From Eledone cirrhosa (lineage: Eukaryota), in the NCBI GenBank assembly GCA_964016885.1, contig OZ024747.1, positions 55,304,001 to 55,368,000 on the forward strand: a stretch of DNA of 64,000 nucleotides, read 5' to 3'. Positions 27,111 through 41,638 of this stretch are shown here, in pieces. The notes beneath the pieces are model-generated. The model was not told where the DNA came from, ran no database searches, and saw nothing but the letters and a program-made list of their open reading frames with translations. The position numbers and the translations under genes are program-made. The first letter of the stretch is position 1; every line of letters starts with the position of its first letter.

Positions 27111-27553
27111 AGAAATTAGAACAGTCACAATTAGTAGGGAGAGCCAAATATGTTGAGGAAATTATGAAGGCAAGAGGAAACAAATTATGAAGGCAAGAGG
27201 AACAAAATACAATGATAATTCCCAGCCTTACAATATAGTAGACAACCACAGAATATATTTTACATTCTATTTAGAATTTTAAAATACAACCAGGGCCTAT
27301 TTAGAATGTCATGGAATTGGAGTCGATTAAATAAGCACTTGCCATGTATTACCAGTTCACATTGCTAAATTTAATCATTTTCATAAGTACTAAATATGCA
27401 TGGTCTTGTGCAGTTTAAGGGAACCACTATTACACTTTTTACTTAGCTCTTTCCCTCTCATTCTCTCTCTGTTATATATATACATATATATACATGTATT
27501 TAAAAAATGGACTGCAAGTATGTATATGTGCGTATGCATATATTATATTATAT

Positions 27554-27605
<52 letters not shown>

Positions 27606-28439
27606 TATTACGTTGCTATTATGTTAGGTATATTTTTTCAAAGCTCATATTGACATTATTTGTAAATTTTCAGTAGAGTTCAATATATTTCATTTTAATT
27701 GATTTTATACTTATTTATATTTTTTTATGTTATTTACTTTTTTTATAATAATGATGTTCATTGTGAAAAAAATATGTTTTCAATTGGTTTTTGAGAATTT
27801 CTATGTTTAGCGTTCCAAAGGTTTTTCAAATATCTGTGGAAAAAAGCAATAACAACAACCACAGCAGCAACAAACAGAACTACGTAATAGAGCAATACTT
27901 TAAATCTAAAATGACAAAAGTCTGCACACAACTCAATTCAACCAAGCTGATTAAACAAAGAAAATAATAAACATAATATTAAAAGAAATATAAGACATAA
28001 ATCAAATAAATATAAACATACATCAATTTTTTTTTTTTTTAAATCAATGATTTTTAGATTTCGAAAAAAATATATATATAAAAAAACTTATTAAGAAAAA
28101 TATGAAATTTAATCTAAAAATTTTGTAAGGAAAATGAAATAACAAATAAAATAACAAAATGAAAAAGAAGTCGTTATCAGTTAATGTTTTATGAGTGAAT
28201 TCTCTCTACTTCCGTTTCTCTCGTTTATTTATTATTATTTTACGTTCAATAGTTGTCTCCCTCTGTCTTTCATTGTCTTGTCATATATTTCTTTCTCATA
28301 TTTACAAAAGCGTTGGTTTTTTGTTTTGTTTTGTCTTGTTTTGTTCATCTATTTACTTTTATTTACACAATATCGTTGAAAACGATTGAAATAAGAAAAT
28401 AAACATACTTATAAATATCGAACCAATATATAAAATACA

Positions 28440-28721
28440 ATACTAACAGACACACACACACACACACTCACACAAACAAACAAACACACAAACACACAAA
28501 CACACACAAACAAACAAACACGCATAAATAGCCCCTCACACACACACACATATGTATATATATATATAAATATACACACACATACACACATACCATATAT
28601 ATATATATACATATATGTATATATACACATACATGTATGTATATATATATATACATATATAAATATATATATATACAGTATATGTATATATATATGTGTG
28701 TGTATATATATATATATATGA

Positions 28722-28752
<31 letters not shown>

Positions 28753-28760
28753 TATGTATA

Positions 28761-28800
<40 letters not shown>

Positions 28801-28818
28801 TATACATATATATGTATA

Positions 28819-28854
<36 letters not shown>

Positions 28855-29223
28855 CACACATACATATATATGCGGTAGTGTGTATTTGAATGTGTGCGCG
28901 TGTGCGTGAGTTTGTGTAAATGTGTATATATACCAGAAAATGAAATCAATTATCAACGAAATCTAGAAACTTAACTCTGACAAAAATACGAATGACATAT
29001 AAACTTATAAATATAAACACTTGTCTGTGTATATATATGACAGTGTAACAGCTTCTCTGTTCATATTTGAATACGTATAGGAATGCACCGACACATTGCT
29101 CTACGTGAATGTATGTATAAACATATATATGTGTGTGTGTGTGTTTTTTTATATATATATTTATATATATAGAGAGAGAGATAGATAGCTATATAGATAG
29201 ATAGATATACATACTTATATATA

Positions 29224-29309
<86 letters not shown>

Positions 29310-29441
29310 TATACGCACACACACACATATGTATATATATATATATAATACACGCACATACACACACACACACAAACACATATATATATATATATATATG
29401 TATATACATAAATATATATATACATATATATATATACATAA

Positions 29442-29518
<77 letters not shown>

Positions 29519-29579
29519 TATATATATATTTATTTATATATATATATATATACATAAATATATATAGAATATATAGATG

Positions 29580-29612
<33 letters not shown>

Positions 29613-29626
29613 TCAGAGAAATAGAG

Positions 29627-29660
<34 letters not shown>
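28440..29660. repeat. Long compound (TA)/(CA)/(GA) microsatellite region
   Basis: Visible repeat. Confidence 0.95.
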
Positions 29661-29662
<2 letters not shown>

Positions 29663-30374
29663 GCCATTATTTCTTTAAAACAGTATATAAATTTTCATAA
29701 ACAATTTATTGTTATTCGATTTTGTTTGTTAAAATTGTGAATATTTATATTTTATTTCCAATGTTTACGTTCGTGTATTTAGCACAAATGTTTGCTTTTA
29801 ATTTAAAATAAATATTTTTATTTCTTTTTTACTCCAATGTTTATCGCTGGTGCATCTTATTTCTTTCTATCCCTCACTTATACTCTATGTTGTATACGTA
29901 AATCATTTCTTCTCTTAAGTACACACATACTGTCTTACACACAGGCGCGCGCGCACCACGTAAATCTAACTATCGTTATATTTATATACCAGATATATAC
30001 ATACATACACACATATACATACATATACATATACACACACACATACACACACATACATATCTATCTGAATATATACAAATATGAATATATATACATTCAT
30101 ATATATATATATATGAATGTATATATAGTGTATTTTGCAATACACTGTATGCTTAATTAAAAGCATTTCGAAGACCTTACGCTATTGTTTTAGAGTAGTG
30201 ACAGTCTCACTTACTTTAATTTTCAGCAAACAAGGGGAGATAAAGCTGACAGAGCTCTGTTTCGTACTGATTGGTACTTATCAAATAAGTACTCCACCTG
30301 TTTGCTGAAAATCATGAATGTTTGATTCTTATAGAATTCTAGTAATAATGAGGAACTGATTATACAGAGCGGTT

Positions 30375-30460
<86 letters not shown>
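30375..30460. repeat. Unoccupied (GATA)n array
   Basis: Visible repeat. Confidence 0.97.
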
Positions 30461-30717
30461 AAGAAATATATTGACATATAATATATATATTTCTAACTTG
30501 TTTTCCTTCGTTGTCTTCTCATTCTCAATTACCCTAATTTTATTAAATATATGTATAGGCACTGAAATGACTACAGAATCAAACGTGATGTTGTGAAACT
30601 ACAAAGATTACCAGAGTTTGACTAACGAGACTGGACGGTCAATTTTCTCCGTTTTTTTTTTCGTTGCTTCATCCTGTGCACCATCCTATTTTGCATATAT
30701 ATATATATATATTTACG

Positions 30718-31210
30718 AAGGTCCGACTTCTACACCGATCTCAAACTGTGGCACACCACCCAAGCTTTGCTCTTCCCCTCGACTAAATCATCTTCTGTAT
30801 TCCCAATCTTTGCTCCTAGATACAGGAAGTCCTCAACCAATTCTAGCGACTTCCCACTACATTAATAATCTTCTCTACCAGATACTGAGGATGGCTCTGA
30901 ACATTAATCAGTATACACTGAGAATGAAGTACTCAGAGCTGTATGTGAGCCTCCAAAAAGTTAGCTCAAAAGTAGCAAAGAGAAGATTGAGGTTAGCTGG
31001 ACATGCTCACCGACATCCAGATTTGACACTACACTCAGTGCTCCTGTGGGAGCCCCTACATGGACACACTGGAAGAGGGAGACTGAGGTTGACATATGTT
31101 GATGCCCTAAAGAGAGACGCAGGAGATGACAGCAATAATGAGGGACAGATACCGCTGGAGAGATCTCGTCCATGGATCTCGGGAATTTTACCCGCCCTAG
31201 ATAGATAGAT
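30718..31210 (+). mobile_element. RTEX-like LINE, 5'-truncated with an inverted 5' segment and (AGAT)n tail
   Basis: Plus strand: LRMALNI...RRLRLAGHAHRH...LLWEPLHG..GRG...TYVD. Minus strand 30718-30862: SGKSLELVEDFLYLGAKIG...KAW. Confidence 0.8.
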
Positions 31211-31252
31211 ATATTGTGTTTGCTAGTGCGTATGTGTATGCATATATCTATG

Positions 31253-31371
<119 letters not shown>

Positions 31372-31567
31372 TAAATTGGCGAAACATTCTCCTGGTGAGT
31401 GTGTACATGTGTGATTCAGGTGAGGTTGGTTTCTCATTTTAATTTACACCTTTAATTTTAATGTTTTTCCTATGCCTCAAGTAGCTCATATTCTCTTCAC
31501 GCTGGTGGTTTGAAATTCTTGTAAAGAAAAACACACTATCTTGTGTCTTTCCCCTCTATATATTGTA

Positions 31568-31686
<119 letters not shown>

Positions 31687-31697
31687 GTTAGATCGCA

Positions 31698-31801
31698 GAT
31701 ATAAAAGACAGCGAGAAGCGAAAACCAACCAAACAGTGAGTGTGTTCTGTTATTAATTCTGGCAATATTACGCAAATATGACCCTCCCCCAGTATAACAA
31801 T
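31698..31801 (+). mobile_element. Solo 3'-terminal fragment of the 49.4-51.0 kb PLE, inside (TA)n
   Basis: Matches ~50877-50986. Confidence 0.82.
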
Positions 31802-31812
31802 ATATATATATG

Positions 31813-31899
<87 letters not shown>

Positions 31900-32652
31900 G
31901 TGCATTTATGTATGTGACGTCTTTAACTGCGGTTTTACTCATCGTAAGATTGTATAATATACACAATGACATATTTGTCGTTCCTTATTTATTATCTTTA
32001 TGAGTTCGAACATCACTATTTTAGTCCTAACTAATATTTTTCTCTTTAGTTTGTCAACATTCTCCTTCCACAATATAAAGCAGTGGTCCAAGTACTTCTT
32101 CCACTTTTCTTTTATACAGTTGTCGAAATTATTCCCATAAATTTGTTTTTCTTTTATGCGACTTTATCATCATTCTGATCATTTTAACTGGCGTACATCC
32201 TTTGCTCACTTTAACTTATTTTCAGAAATTATTTTGTATTTTAGACTTCATAGAAACAATGTGAGTCGTTTTGTAAGTATTATACATCTGGATATCAAAG
32301 TATTCTACAAATCGACATATTTTGAGTTGTTTTAGCAAGAAATCCAGCCTGAGTCGAGACGTATCTCGTTTCAGCCTTTAACTCCTCACTTTTAAAAGGC
32401 TGGTCTCTATCGAAGATCGCCTTCTGTTGTTGCAATTTACTTGACACTACTTGAGAGGTCTGGCACCAAGAACCTGTACACATTGCTCGTCGGTTTTACC
32501 AACAGGAATATCGTAAGAACTAAAGTTTGAATCATGCCCTGAGCAACGTGACACAGTTTTCACTATTATCGTGCACAGTTTCTCATTCATCGACCTTCAT
32601 AGACATAATTTAATTTGCTCTTCACTCATTGTACATATCCAAGTGTGCTTGG

Positions 32653-32714
32653 CTTCTTCTTCTTCTTCTTCTTCTTCTTCTTCTTCGTCGTCGTCGTCGT
32701 CGTCGTCGTCGTCT

Positions 32715-32755
<41 letters not shown>

Positions 32756-32863
32756 TTCTTCTTCTTCTTCTTCTTCTTCTTCTTCTTCTTCTTCTTCTTC
32801 TTCTTCTTCTTCTTCTTCTTCTTCTTCTTCTTCTTCTCCTTCTTCTTCTTCTTCTTCTTCTTC
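32653..32863. repeat. (CTT)n-(CGT)n-(CTT)n compound microsatellite
   Basis: Visible repeat. Confidence 0.97.
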
Positions 32864-32971
32864 ACATAGTAGATATCCACCTGTTAGATGATTACGTCAT
32901 TCTTTTTCTTTATGTTGTTTATGAAGCCGTTTGCTTGCAAACAAACCAAATATCAATAATATTGTGATATA

Positions 32972-33045
32972 TGGGGTCGATAAAATAAAGTACCAGTAAT
33001 GTACTGGATAATTGCTGGCCTTGTGCCTAAAGTAGAAACAATTAT
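32972..33045 (+). mobile_element. 5'-truncated SINE (ggggtcgataaa family)
   Basis: ggggtcgataaaataaagtaccagtaatgtactgg...gtagaaacaattatt. Confidence 0.8.
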
Positions 33046-33425
33046 TATATTACTATTATTCACTCTTGAATATATATAGGTATCCACTCCGTTAAGAACG
33101 AAAACAATCTTTTTTAATCTTCGGCAAAGCTGGCCGTAAAATCGCTCAGTATGCAAATGAGGCTAATCAGCCAATGTATACATTTGAGAATACTATGTAT
33201 TCTCAGCAGTTCCTGCGAGTAAGAGGGGGCAGAATATACAATCTTGAAATGGAACAAAACATTCCGAAACAATTGTCAATTGTCGATTGCTTACTCTCAT
33301 CTACCACCGGAACAAAAGGATGGTGTTTTCATCTAAAACGTGGTGTTTATGAGGGTGTTGGCTTGCAAACAAACTGAATATTAGTAATATTATGATATTG
33401 TTATATTATTATTGTTCACTCACGA

Positions 33426-33456
<31 letters not shown>

Positions 33457-34171
33457 AAATGAAAAAAAAAAAACGGAGTTATAGACGCTCGTTAATCCCC
33501 TGTAATTTAATGAACTCAGCGATTAAGTACCAGGTTCTTCATAATACAGTATATTGAGACGAAAACACAAGAAGGGCTATGTTTTCAATTATTTTGTATT
33601 TTTCACACTTTACGTAGACTTTATATTGTTCACTCGAGTGTTTCTCTACCCTCGTAATTGAAAAGTTACCCATTTTTGTGTTTTCTTCTATATATACTGT
33701 ATTATATATTTATATATATAAAATCAAGGTTTAGCAAATAGAGAAAAAGTTTTAAAATAAATTTTAAAAATTTCACTCTACTTACCATATGTGCCTTTAC
33801 CGCGCGGTTTCAAACCCCCAAATAAATAGATAATCTAAACGGATTTCCATTAAGAAAGGGAATTTTCGTCAGAAGGCTTTTCTCGCTCGGAGAATATAAA
33901 ATTCTCGAGTTCAAATCACAAACTGGCGCCATACAAAACTGTTCCCGAATGAGAGTGAATGATGGAAGAAACAATTTTGCCTAGTGCTGTGGGTAAAGAC
34001 AAAAGGCAGGGCGGACATGTCAATGTCCTGCTACTAGAAACAGCAGCAGTTCAAACGACCAAAATTATCTCAACCTTAGGGGAGATTAATAATAAAGTAT
34101 GTGTTCCTACGTGTAAAAAATACATATAGGGATACAAGTATTGGCCAACCGTATGCCAATGTGATTCTATG

Positions 34172-34208
<37 letters not shown>

Positions 34209-35097
34209 CGTATGTGTATGCTTGTGTATGAGAGGGAGAATGAGATGGAGAGAGAGGTGGAGAAAGCATATCTGAGACACGCATTAAAATATTCATTCTT
34301 AAAACATCGCTTTGGTGCACTGAAAATTTAAACCTTTGTTTCTCTTCCTTCACTAAGCCTATCGTGTAATGGTTATCTGCGGATCCTTGCATACATTAGG
34401 TTCTCACTGAAGAAAGTGATATGTATATTGCAATGACACCATTCCTCCTGAAATCGCTCCTGTTTTAAATACACAACTATATTTTAAAGTGTTTATATTC
34501 ATGTAATCTATCTTTATCTGTCACAATCTTGTCAGAGCATTTCAATTTTATGCTAGAATCACCAGCTTAAGTATGAGAAAGTTATTAATTCCATGGAATC
34601 TCACCAAATTCTTGATTTTTTCCAAAATGATTTGGGACCATAAGTAGTGTCTTTCATTAGATATTTAGTTAAGAAAGGATTAAATCTAGCGTCTCTGAAA
34701 TGTTATTATACCTGTTGAGCAGCTGGTAATTGATATAACTGATACAGAAGGACCCTAAGTAACAGCAACTACATCTCTAGTCTGTATTTATGCTCAATTT
34801 ATGCCCACCGAATAAATCCAGGTAGTTCACCACAGACTGGATTGTGGACAGGTCACAAATAATTTCACCCGTACAAGTCGCTTCTCTCCTAAAAGGTTGG
34901 GGACTACCCACACATATATATCACTCTCTCATGTATAATGTATATTATCCCACATATTTAGTGTATATTATCCCACATGTTTAGTGTGTAGATGTTAGTG
35001 AGGATGTGGATCGTATGAACAAATATACAAGTAATTTTGATAATGATAAATAAGGCTGGGGTTGAGAGACGTTGATCATTCTACCGTTAATGAGGGT

Positions 35098-35530
35098 AGT
35101 GATGGTGATGACGACGATGATGATGATGATGATGATGAGAAGGAGGTGGAGAAGGTGAAGGAGGATGAAGGAGGGGGTGGGGGTGATATTGATGATTATG
35201 ATGAGGGAGGAGGAGGAGGAGGAGGTCGTGGAGGAGTAGGAGGAATATGATGATGGTGTTGATGATAAGGGTGACGGTGACGATGTGGATGATGATGAGA
35301 AGGAGGAGAAGGAGAATGAAAAGGAGGAGTAATGGGATACTGATGATAATGATGATGATGATGATGATGATGATGAGGAGGAGGAGGAGGAGGAGGGGGA
35401 GGGGGGAGGGGGAGAAAGTTGACGATGAGGACGGTGTTGAAGTTAAGGATGATGGAAACGATGATGATTAAGATGATGATGATGATGATGTCGATGATGA
35501 CGGGGTTGAAGATGAGAAAGAGGAAAAAGA
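35098..35530. repeat. (GAT)/(GAG)-rich low-complexity tract
   Basis: Visible repeat. Confidence 0.9.
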
Positions 35531-35829
35531 AGACGAGCAAGGAAGGAGCTGATCATGTTAGGGGGGGGGGCGCTTGCAAGAAAACGAATCGTTTACTGCC
35601 CCCTACACATCAACTAAAACAATCATCCAACCAACTAACCAGGCATCCAACCAATCAACTAAAACAACCAGCCACCTAACCACCAATCCAACCAAACAAC
35701 TAACAAACTAACTAAATAAATAAAAATATAAACAAATAAACGTAGAATAACAATTAAAAAGACTACAAAAAATGCTCACAAATTGGAAAAATGTAAAAAA
35801 ATACATGTATAATAGGTTTCAAGGAAGTA

Positions 35830-35938
35830 TTTTTTGTATATTTATATTTTGTATATTTATATTTTGCATATTTATATTTAGTATATTTATATTTTGTATA
35901 TTTATATTTTGTGTATTTATATTTTGTATATTTATATT
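35830..35938. repeat. 15-bp minisatellite tgtatatttatattt
   Basis: About 7 tandem units. Confidence 0.9.
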
Positions 35939-36309
35939 AATATTTCCCACTCAACAGTGGCCCTGAATACAAAAAAAATATAGTTTTAGAGAAACTTAAA
36001 TAAATAAACAAGCAAGGAAAAACGTTGAAATAAATCTATATATGAACAGATATAGATTTCGGAACACATATATATCAACTACACTCATTACCATATTTTA
36101 GAAAGTATTTAGTATTTTTTTTTATTTCTCTGTCTCTCCCTCGAGTTAATTTCAGTCTCTTACAATTTCATTGCTATATATCATTATTTTGCCCATAATT
36201 CTATTTGACCCACATTTCTTGAGTGTTCTCTCTTCGGTTGTTTTGCTTTATTTGTGTTTTTGTTTCTTTTTGTACCTGTTTTAATATATACGCCGTTATA
36301 GGAGTGTGT

Positions 36310-36390
<81 letters not shown>

Positions 36391-36533
36391 CATAAATCCC
36401 AAACTTCTGTTTCACCCTCTCTACTCCTCCCATGCTTCAAATGTATATATTTATATATATATATATATATATAGATAGATAGATAGATAGATAGATAGAC
36501 ACACGCAGATACACACACAAACAAACACACACA

Positions 36534-36657
<124 letters not shown>

Positions 36658-36902
36658 ATTGCTGTCGACTTATTTTCAAGAAGACATCCCTAATTTTCTA
36701 GCTTCATTTTCAACAAAAGAATAAATTTTTTTTCTCAGTACTTCCACAGAGCTAAGTTTTTATTGACTTTCATCTATTCTACAATTTTCTACCCTCTCAC
36801 AATATTGTCGTTTTCTATTGTGTAGAATACACAAAAAACACACACACAAAACACACACACCCACAAACAAACACACACATATAAATATATATACATAAAT
36901 GC

Positions 36903-36943
<41 letters not shown>

Positions 36944-36975
36944 TTATACGTATACATATACACACGCACACACAC

Positions 36976-37088
<113 letters not shown>

Positions 37089-37534
37089 CATAAATATAGA
37101 TCTAGTTATATGGATACGAATATATATATCCCATTTTTCATCATTTTTTTTCAAGTTATTTCCTCCTATCGACATGCCCATTTAAAAACGCAGGTTTATA
37201 AATATGTATACATAGCTTTAGCCATATGTCTAAGTTTTACGTTGCTGTTGTTCGTTTTTTAATGTTATAAGTTTTATAGTTTATATATTTCGTTCTTGAT
37301 ATTGTTGTTCCACTGTTTTATAGTGTTTTGCGTTTCACAGAGACATTACTTTCTTTTTTTCCATTCTAAATATTTTATGGAGATTCCCAGAGTTTCAATA
37401 CACACAGTCTTACACACACGTAAATATGTACGTAATACCAAATTTAGACATCTTCTGAATAGTGTGGTCTGTATAAACACGACATACAAACACATATATA
37501 AGAATATATGAATGAATAAATATTATATATATAA

Positions 37535-37583
<49 letters not shown>

Positions 37584-37587
<4 letters not shown>

Positions 37588-37778
37588 AACGAGTAGGACC
37601 CCGACGGCTGAGCTCAAGCCGTTTCGACGGCTAATTCTGGACATAATTAGCCGTCGAAACGGCTTGAGCTCAGCCAAGGGTTCCTACTCGTTCCTATTAC
37701 CTACTCTACTACCCTAAGTATTGAGTACTTTGGTGCGTTATGGTCCACTTGGTTCCTTACCACATTTCCTTCGTTATT

Positions 37779-37780
<2 letters not shown>
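37584..37780 (+). mobile_element. Miniature hairpin element in (TA)n, copy 1
   Basis: Near-perfect ~110-nt foldback plus an ~80-nt tail. Homolog at 53536-53696. Confidence 0.75.
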
Positions 37781-37865
<85 letters not shown>

Positions 37866-37956
37866 TATTGTGTGTTTGCATATGTATACATAAGAAGATA
37901 TATATATATATATATTTATATTTATAAGTATATCTATTTATATATCTATATCTATT

Positions 37957-38052
<96 letters not shown>

Positions 38053-38139
38053 TATGTGTGTGTTTGCATATGTATTTTGAATCAAAGAAATTGGATGGAC
38101 ATGAAAAACAAAAAAAAAGCAATTTCATCGCCTATTACC

Positions 38140-38262
38140 TCTCTGCACGACTATCTGTCTGCATAACTTTATCGTCTATATGACGTCTCTGCCCGACTGT
38201 CTGTCTGCATGCCTCCATCGTCTATCAGCCCGACTGTCTGTCTGCACAACCATATCGCCTAT
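38140..38262. repeat. ~40-bp tandem repeat (cgactgtctgtctgca...atcgtctat), 3 units
   Basis: Visible repeat. Confidence 0.7.
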
Positions 38263-38560
38263 AGCAGTAAAGCCCGGCGTTGCTCGGGGCTGCTCAGTAG
38301 CTGTGTTAAAGTTACAATGTTAGGTTCCTTTCACATTCATCTGTAGAACAAACCTAGCCCATGTGTCAAGTGTTGTGAAAATCGGTTGCGAACTCCAGAA
38401 GTTTTGACGTTTTGTTGCTTTGCACTGCAGTGCTTCAGTCGACTCCAAGGAAGTGGTTAAAGAGGGTTATCTACCGGGAGGCCCTATAATCAATATCTGG
38501 AAAAATGAAAGTGCCGATGAGTACATATGTCTTAAGTTTGGTGAAAATACTGTAGAAATG
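38262..38560 (-). mobile_element. Non-autonomous Helitron-like element, 3' part
   Basis: tagcagtaaagcccggcgttgctcgggg is the reverse complement of a GC hairpin followed by a CTA(G)-type end. Confidence 0.5.
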
Positions 38561-38692
38561 CATACGCGTGTTTGTGTGTGTGTGTATGTATTTGTGTGTG
38601 CGTATGTATATGTGTGTGTATGTCCGTCAGCGCATACGTAAGTACTGGCCTAAATCTTCACTATTTACTTTTACTATTTCAAGGCAAATGAA

Positions 38693-38802
38693 AAATCCCG
38701 TCGAGGTTAACTTTGCCTTCCATCCTTACGGGTTTGATAAAATAAAGTACCAGTAATGTACTGGGTAATTGCTGGCCTTGTGCCAAAAGTAGAAACAATT
38801 AT
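38693..38802 (+). mobile_element. 5'-truncated SINE (ggggtcgataaa family)
   Basis: aaatcccgtcgaggttaactttgccttccatcc...gtagaaacaatt. Confidence 0.8.
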
Positions 38803-39029
38803 TTTAATAACCTCTGTCATTTTCGTTTACAATTTTATTTACATCATGCTTAAACTCTGGGGCTGGAAATCATTCGGTTATTTTAAGTAGAATATTAGTC
38901 TAACGACTCCATTTATAGCATGCACTTGGTCTCGCTGCTGCATGAAATTGTTCTTATCGGTCCACAAAACGACGTATTATCCTCGCTTTTTTTCCGTTCA
39001 TTACCATGGAACGTCTTCAGGAACCAAAA

Positions 39030-39160
39030 TATCGTCTTCCTGTTTTCCTTCGGTTGCAACGTTTCTCGAAATATTCAATTCTGCGTTCACAGATTGAATA
39101 TTTTAGTTTAAGAAGATCCCGTTAATGTTGAAAGCAGCGATTTTTTGGTTAAACTTTCTT
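39030..39160 (+). mobile_element. pLTR fragment of the 61.9-64.0 kb PLE family
   Basis: atcgtcttcctg...ggttgcaacgttt...gaagatcccgttaa matches 61892-62018. A shorter piece lies at ~49372-49430. Confidence 0.75.
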
Positions 39161-39385
39161 TCTTTCTCAACCCCTCTCCCTTTTTTTCTCATACCCTCTC
39201 TCTCTCTTTCTCTCTCTCCCTCACTCATAACCCTCTCTCTCTCTTCCTCTACAGAATGGAGAACAATAAAGAACGCGCAGAGCTCTCTTTCTCTCTCTTT
39301 CTCTCTCTCTTTCTCTCTCTCTGTCTTTATATATATATATATGTGTTTGCGTGTGTGTCTGTGTGTGTGAACCAATGTTCGTTGC

Positions 39386-39457
<72 letters not shown>

Positions 39458-39880
39458 CTATCTATATATCTATTAATCTAGCTGTCGTCTGTTCTACAGT
39501 GTGGATGTCATTCACTTCGCACAGAAGTTTTGTTCAAATTTATTGAGGAAATTTTGTGAGTTCAAACTTAATTTTGATACAATTGTGTAGCTTGACCCTC
39601 CGTCTGAACTGTCAGGCGGTGGGTCAGCTCATCTTTACCCCTCCTAGAGGTGGAAAACCTGTTTTAAAAAATTTTGTGTAAAAAATTTCAATCGTCTAAC
39701 AGAAATGTTAAACGCAGCGAACGAAAATAGTGGTGGTGGGACAGCGGTAAGAGTTGTAAGCTCGCACGCTTTAGTCCCCCCCCTTCCTTCCCAACTAACG
39801 TCATAGAGAAGGAAGGAAAAATTAAAATAAAAACAGACGAATCTGCGGAGAAAAAAAATGACGAAAACACAAATCTGGAC

Positions 39881-41638
39881 ATGGATTCCAACAACGAAAA
39901 AAAAAAATTTGAAAAATTGCATGACAATACTAATAACACAAACAAAGACACAACAAACACAAAAATAACATTTGAAAATAACACCATAACAGAAAGCAAA
40001 GCAGACGACAAGATTTCATTTGCACAGAAAACAAAGAAATCTTTGACTTATATAGCGGAAAATATTTCAGATGTGGCACGAAGGATCACAGACGCCAAAC
40101 AATACATAAGTGAAGGAGAGAATGGTATTTTATCGGTAAAAATGCCTCAAGAATTCACCAAAGACATTGAAAGCCGAACGGTCAAGTTTCGGACCATCAA
40201 CAACAGTACAAAAAAACCTGAACAGCCTTCTCAAGCAGATATCAAAACAGTACTCACAGAAGTACTTAATGAAACCACTTTCATAAGAAAAGACAGACTG
40301 TATGGAAGCCTAGCAATTATCATGAAGAACGAATCGGCGGCAAAAAAATGTGCTTTGTCACCGATTCGTTCGAAAAATTTCACCTTTTATCCATCTAATA
40401 TGGGGAAAAGAACTCAACGCATATGGTTGGATGCAATGATGCCATATGTGGACTACTGCTGGCTCATAGCTGGCTTCATCGATCCAGTGAATGACAACGT
40501 GATTTCCATTGGGAAAACCACAGGCAATGCGTTCAGTGGAACAGGTATAGAGCTGGTAGTGCAAATGAAGCCTGAACGCATCGCCCAAATACCCGACAGA
40601 ATCCTATTAGAGGACCACGGGTATATAAACATTAGCGTGGAGGGGAGAAGGCCGTCCTGCCATATCTGTGCAGGCAGAGGGCACCTGAAGGCCGCTTGTC
40701 CCCAACTCAACATAAAGAAAACCCTGCTACCAACACCACCACCACAACAGATAAACAAACAACAAAACTCAGTCCCACCCAACCCGTCCCTCAGTAAAAC
40801 CACAACACCACCACAACACAAACAGTCACAACACATTACCCCAAAACAAAATACAGGCCCACCCAACCTCTCACTCAATAAAACAACACAACCACCGCAG
40901 ACACAACACACAACACAGTCTAACATAGTGACATCCATCTCCCCCACAAAGAAAACCAACACGGAAACATTACCAGCAAACATACCTCTTCCCTCCAACA
41001 CTGAAGATAACCCAACGAATTCGGAGGAAGAAACGGAGTCCTTCAGACAGATTAAAAGGAAAAAAAGAAAACATGTGCAAAACACACAAGGCCAAACAAC
41101 CCCCACCCAAATCTCAACACAATCCAACAAAACAGGAAACACCCCTCCAGCAACAAACAAAACCAAACCTGCCCCTCCCCTCTTCGAAACACTCACACCA
41201 TCCGAAAAAAAGACATTACACTATACTTACATCAACAGAAACAATAATAAATTAAATGAACTCATATACAATAATCCTTCGGTACAAACCGAAGGTGTAA
41301 ACTTTGTTTCGTCAGAAAACTACCCACATTTAAAATTAATAAAGATCCCAATGAACCTCTACCAAAAACTAAAAAAGGATTTTAAGGAGGACGTAGGACC
41401 ACCCTCTGTCAAACCCATAAACCGCGTCCTACTAAAAAGCTTTCCCCCTCCCCTTCCCCCCCCAACACAACTCCAAACACCCCAACCCCACCACACACTG
41501 ACGACCCCACACCACCACAAGACACCCCTTCACCCAACACCCCCGACCCCATGGAAGTCGTGCAACCCGAACCCCGGGAAGCGGAAAGGTAGGTCTCTAC
41601 ACTCTCCTTTGGCTCTGCCGCCCACATGGATGTGTTAA
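39881..41638 (+). CDS. Tx1-B ORF1 (CCHC zinc-knuckle nucleic-acid-binding protein)
   Basis: CHICAGRGHLKAAC knuckle, P/T/Q-rich linker, upstream of ORF2. The ancestral stop is probably TAG at 41590 (likely frameshift in the C-rich tract). Confidence 0.85.
   Translation: MDSNNEKKKFEKLHDNTNNTNKDTTNTKITFENNTITESKADDKISFAQKTKKSLTYIAENISDVARRITDAKQYISEGENGILSVKMPQEFTKDIESRTVKFRTINNSTKKPEQPSQADIKTVLTEVLNETTFIRKDRLYGSLAIIMKNESAAKKCALSPIRSKNFTFYPSNMGKRTQRIWLDAMMPYVDYCWLIAGFIDPVNDNVISIGKTTGNAFSGTGIELVVQMKPERIAQIPDRILLEDHGYINISVEGRRPSCHICAGRGHLKAACPQLNIKKTLLPTPPPQQINKQQNSVPPNPSLSKTTTPPQHKQSQHITPKQNTGPPNLSLNKTTQPPQTQHTTQSNIVTSISPTKKTNTETLPANIPLPSNTEDNPTNSEEETESFRQIKRKKRKHVQNTQGQTTPTQISTQSNKTGNTPPATNKTKPAPPLFETLTPSEKKTLHYTYINRNNNKLNELIYNNPSVQTEGVNFVSSENYPHLKLIKIPMNLYQKLKKDFKEDVGPPSVKPINRVLLKSFPPPLPPPTQLQTPQPHHTLTTPHHHKTPLHPTPPTPWKSCNPNPGKRKGRSLHSPLALPPTWMC

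Noticed and set aside
34560-34900. Possible RT remnant (also 46300-46540)
   Set aside because: Too degenerate to assign by eye.
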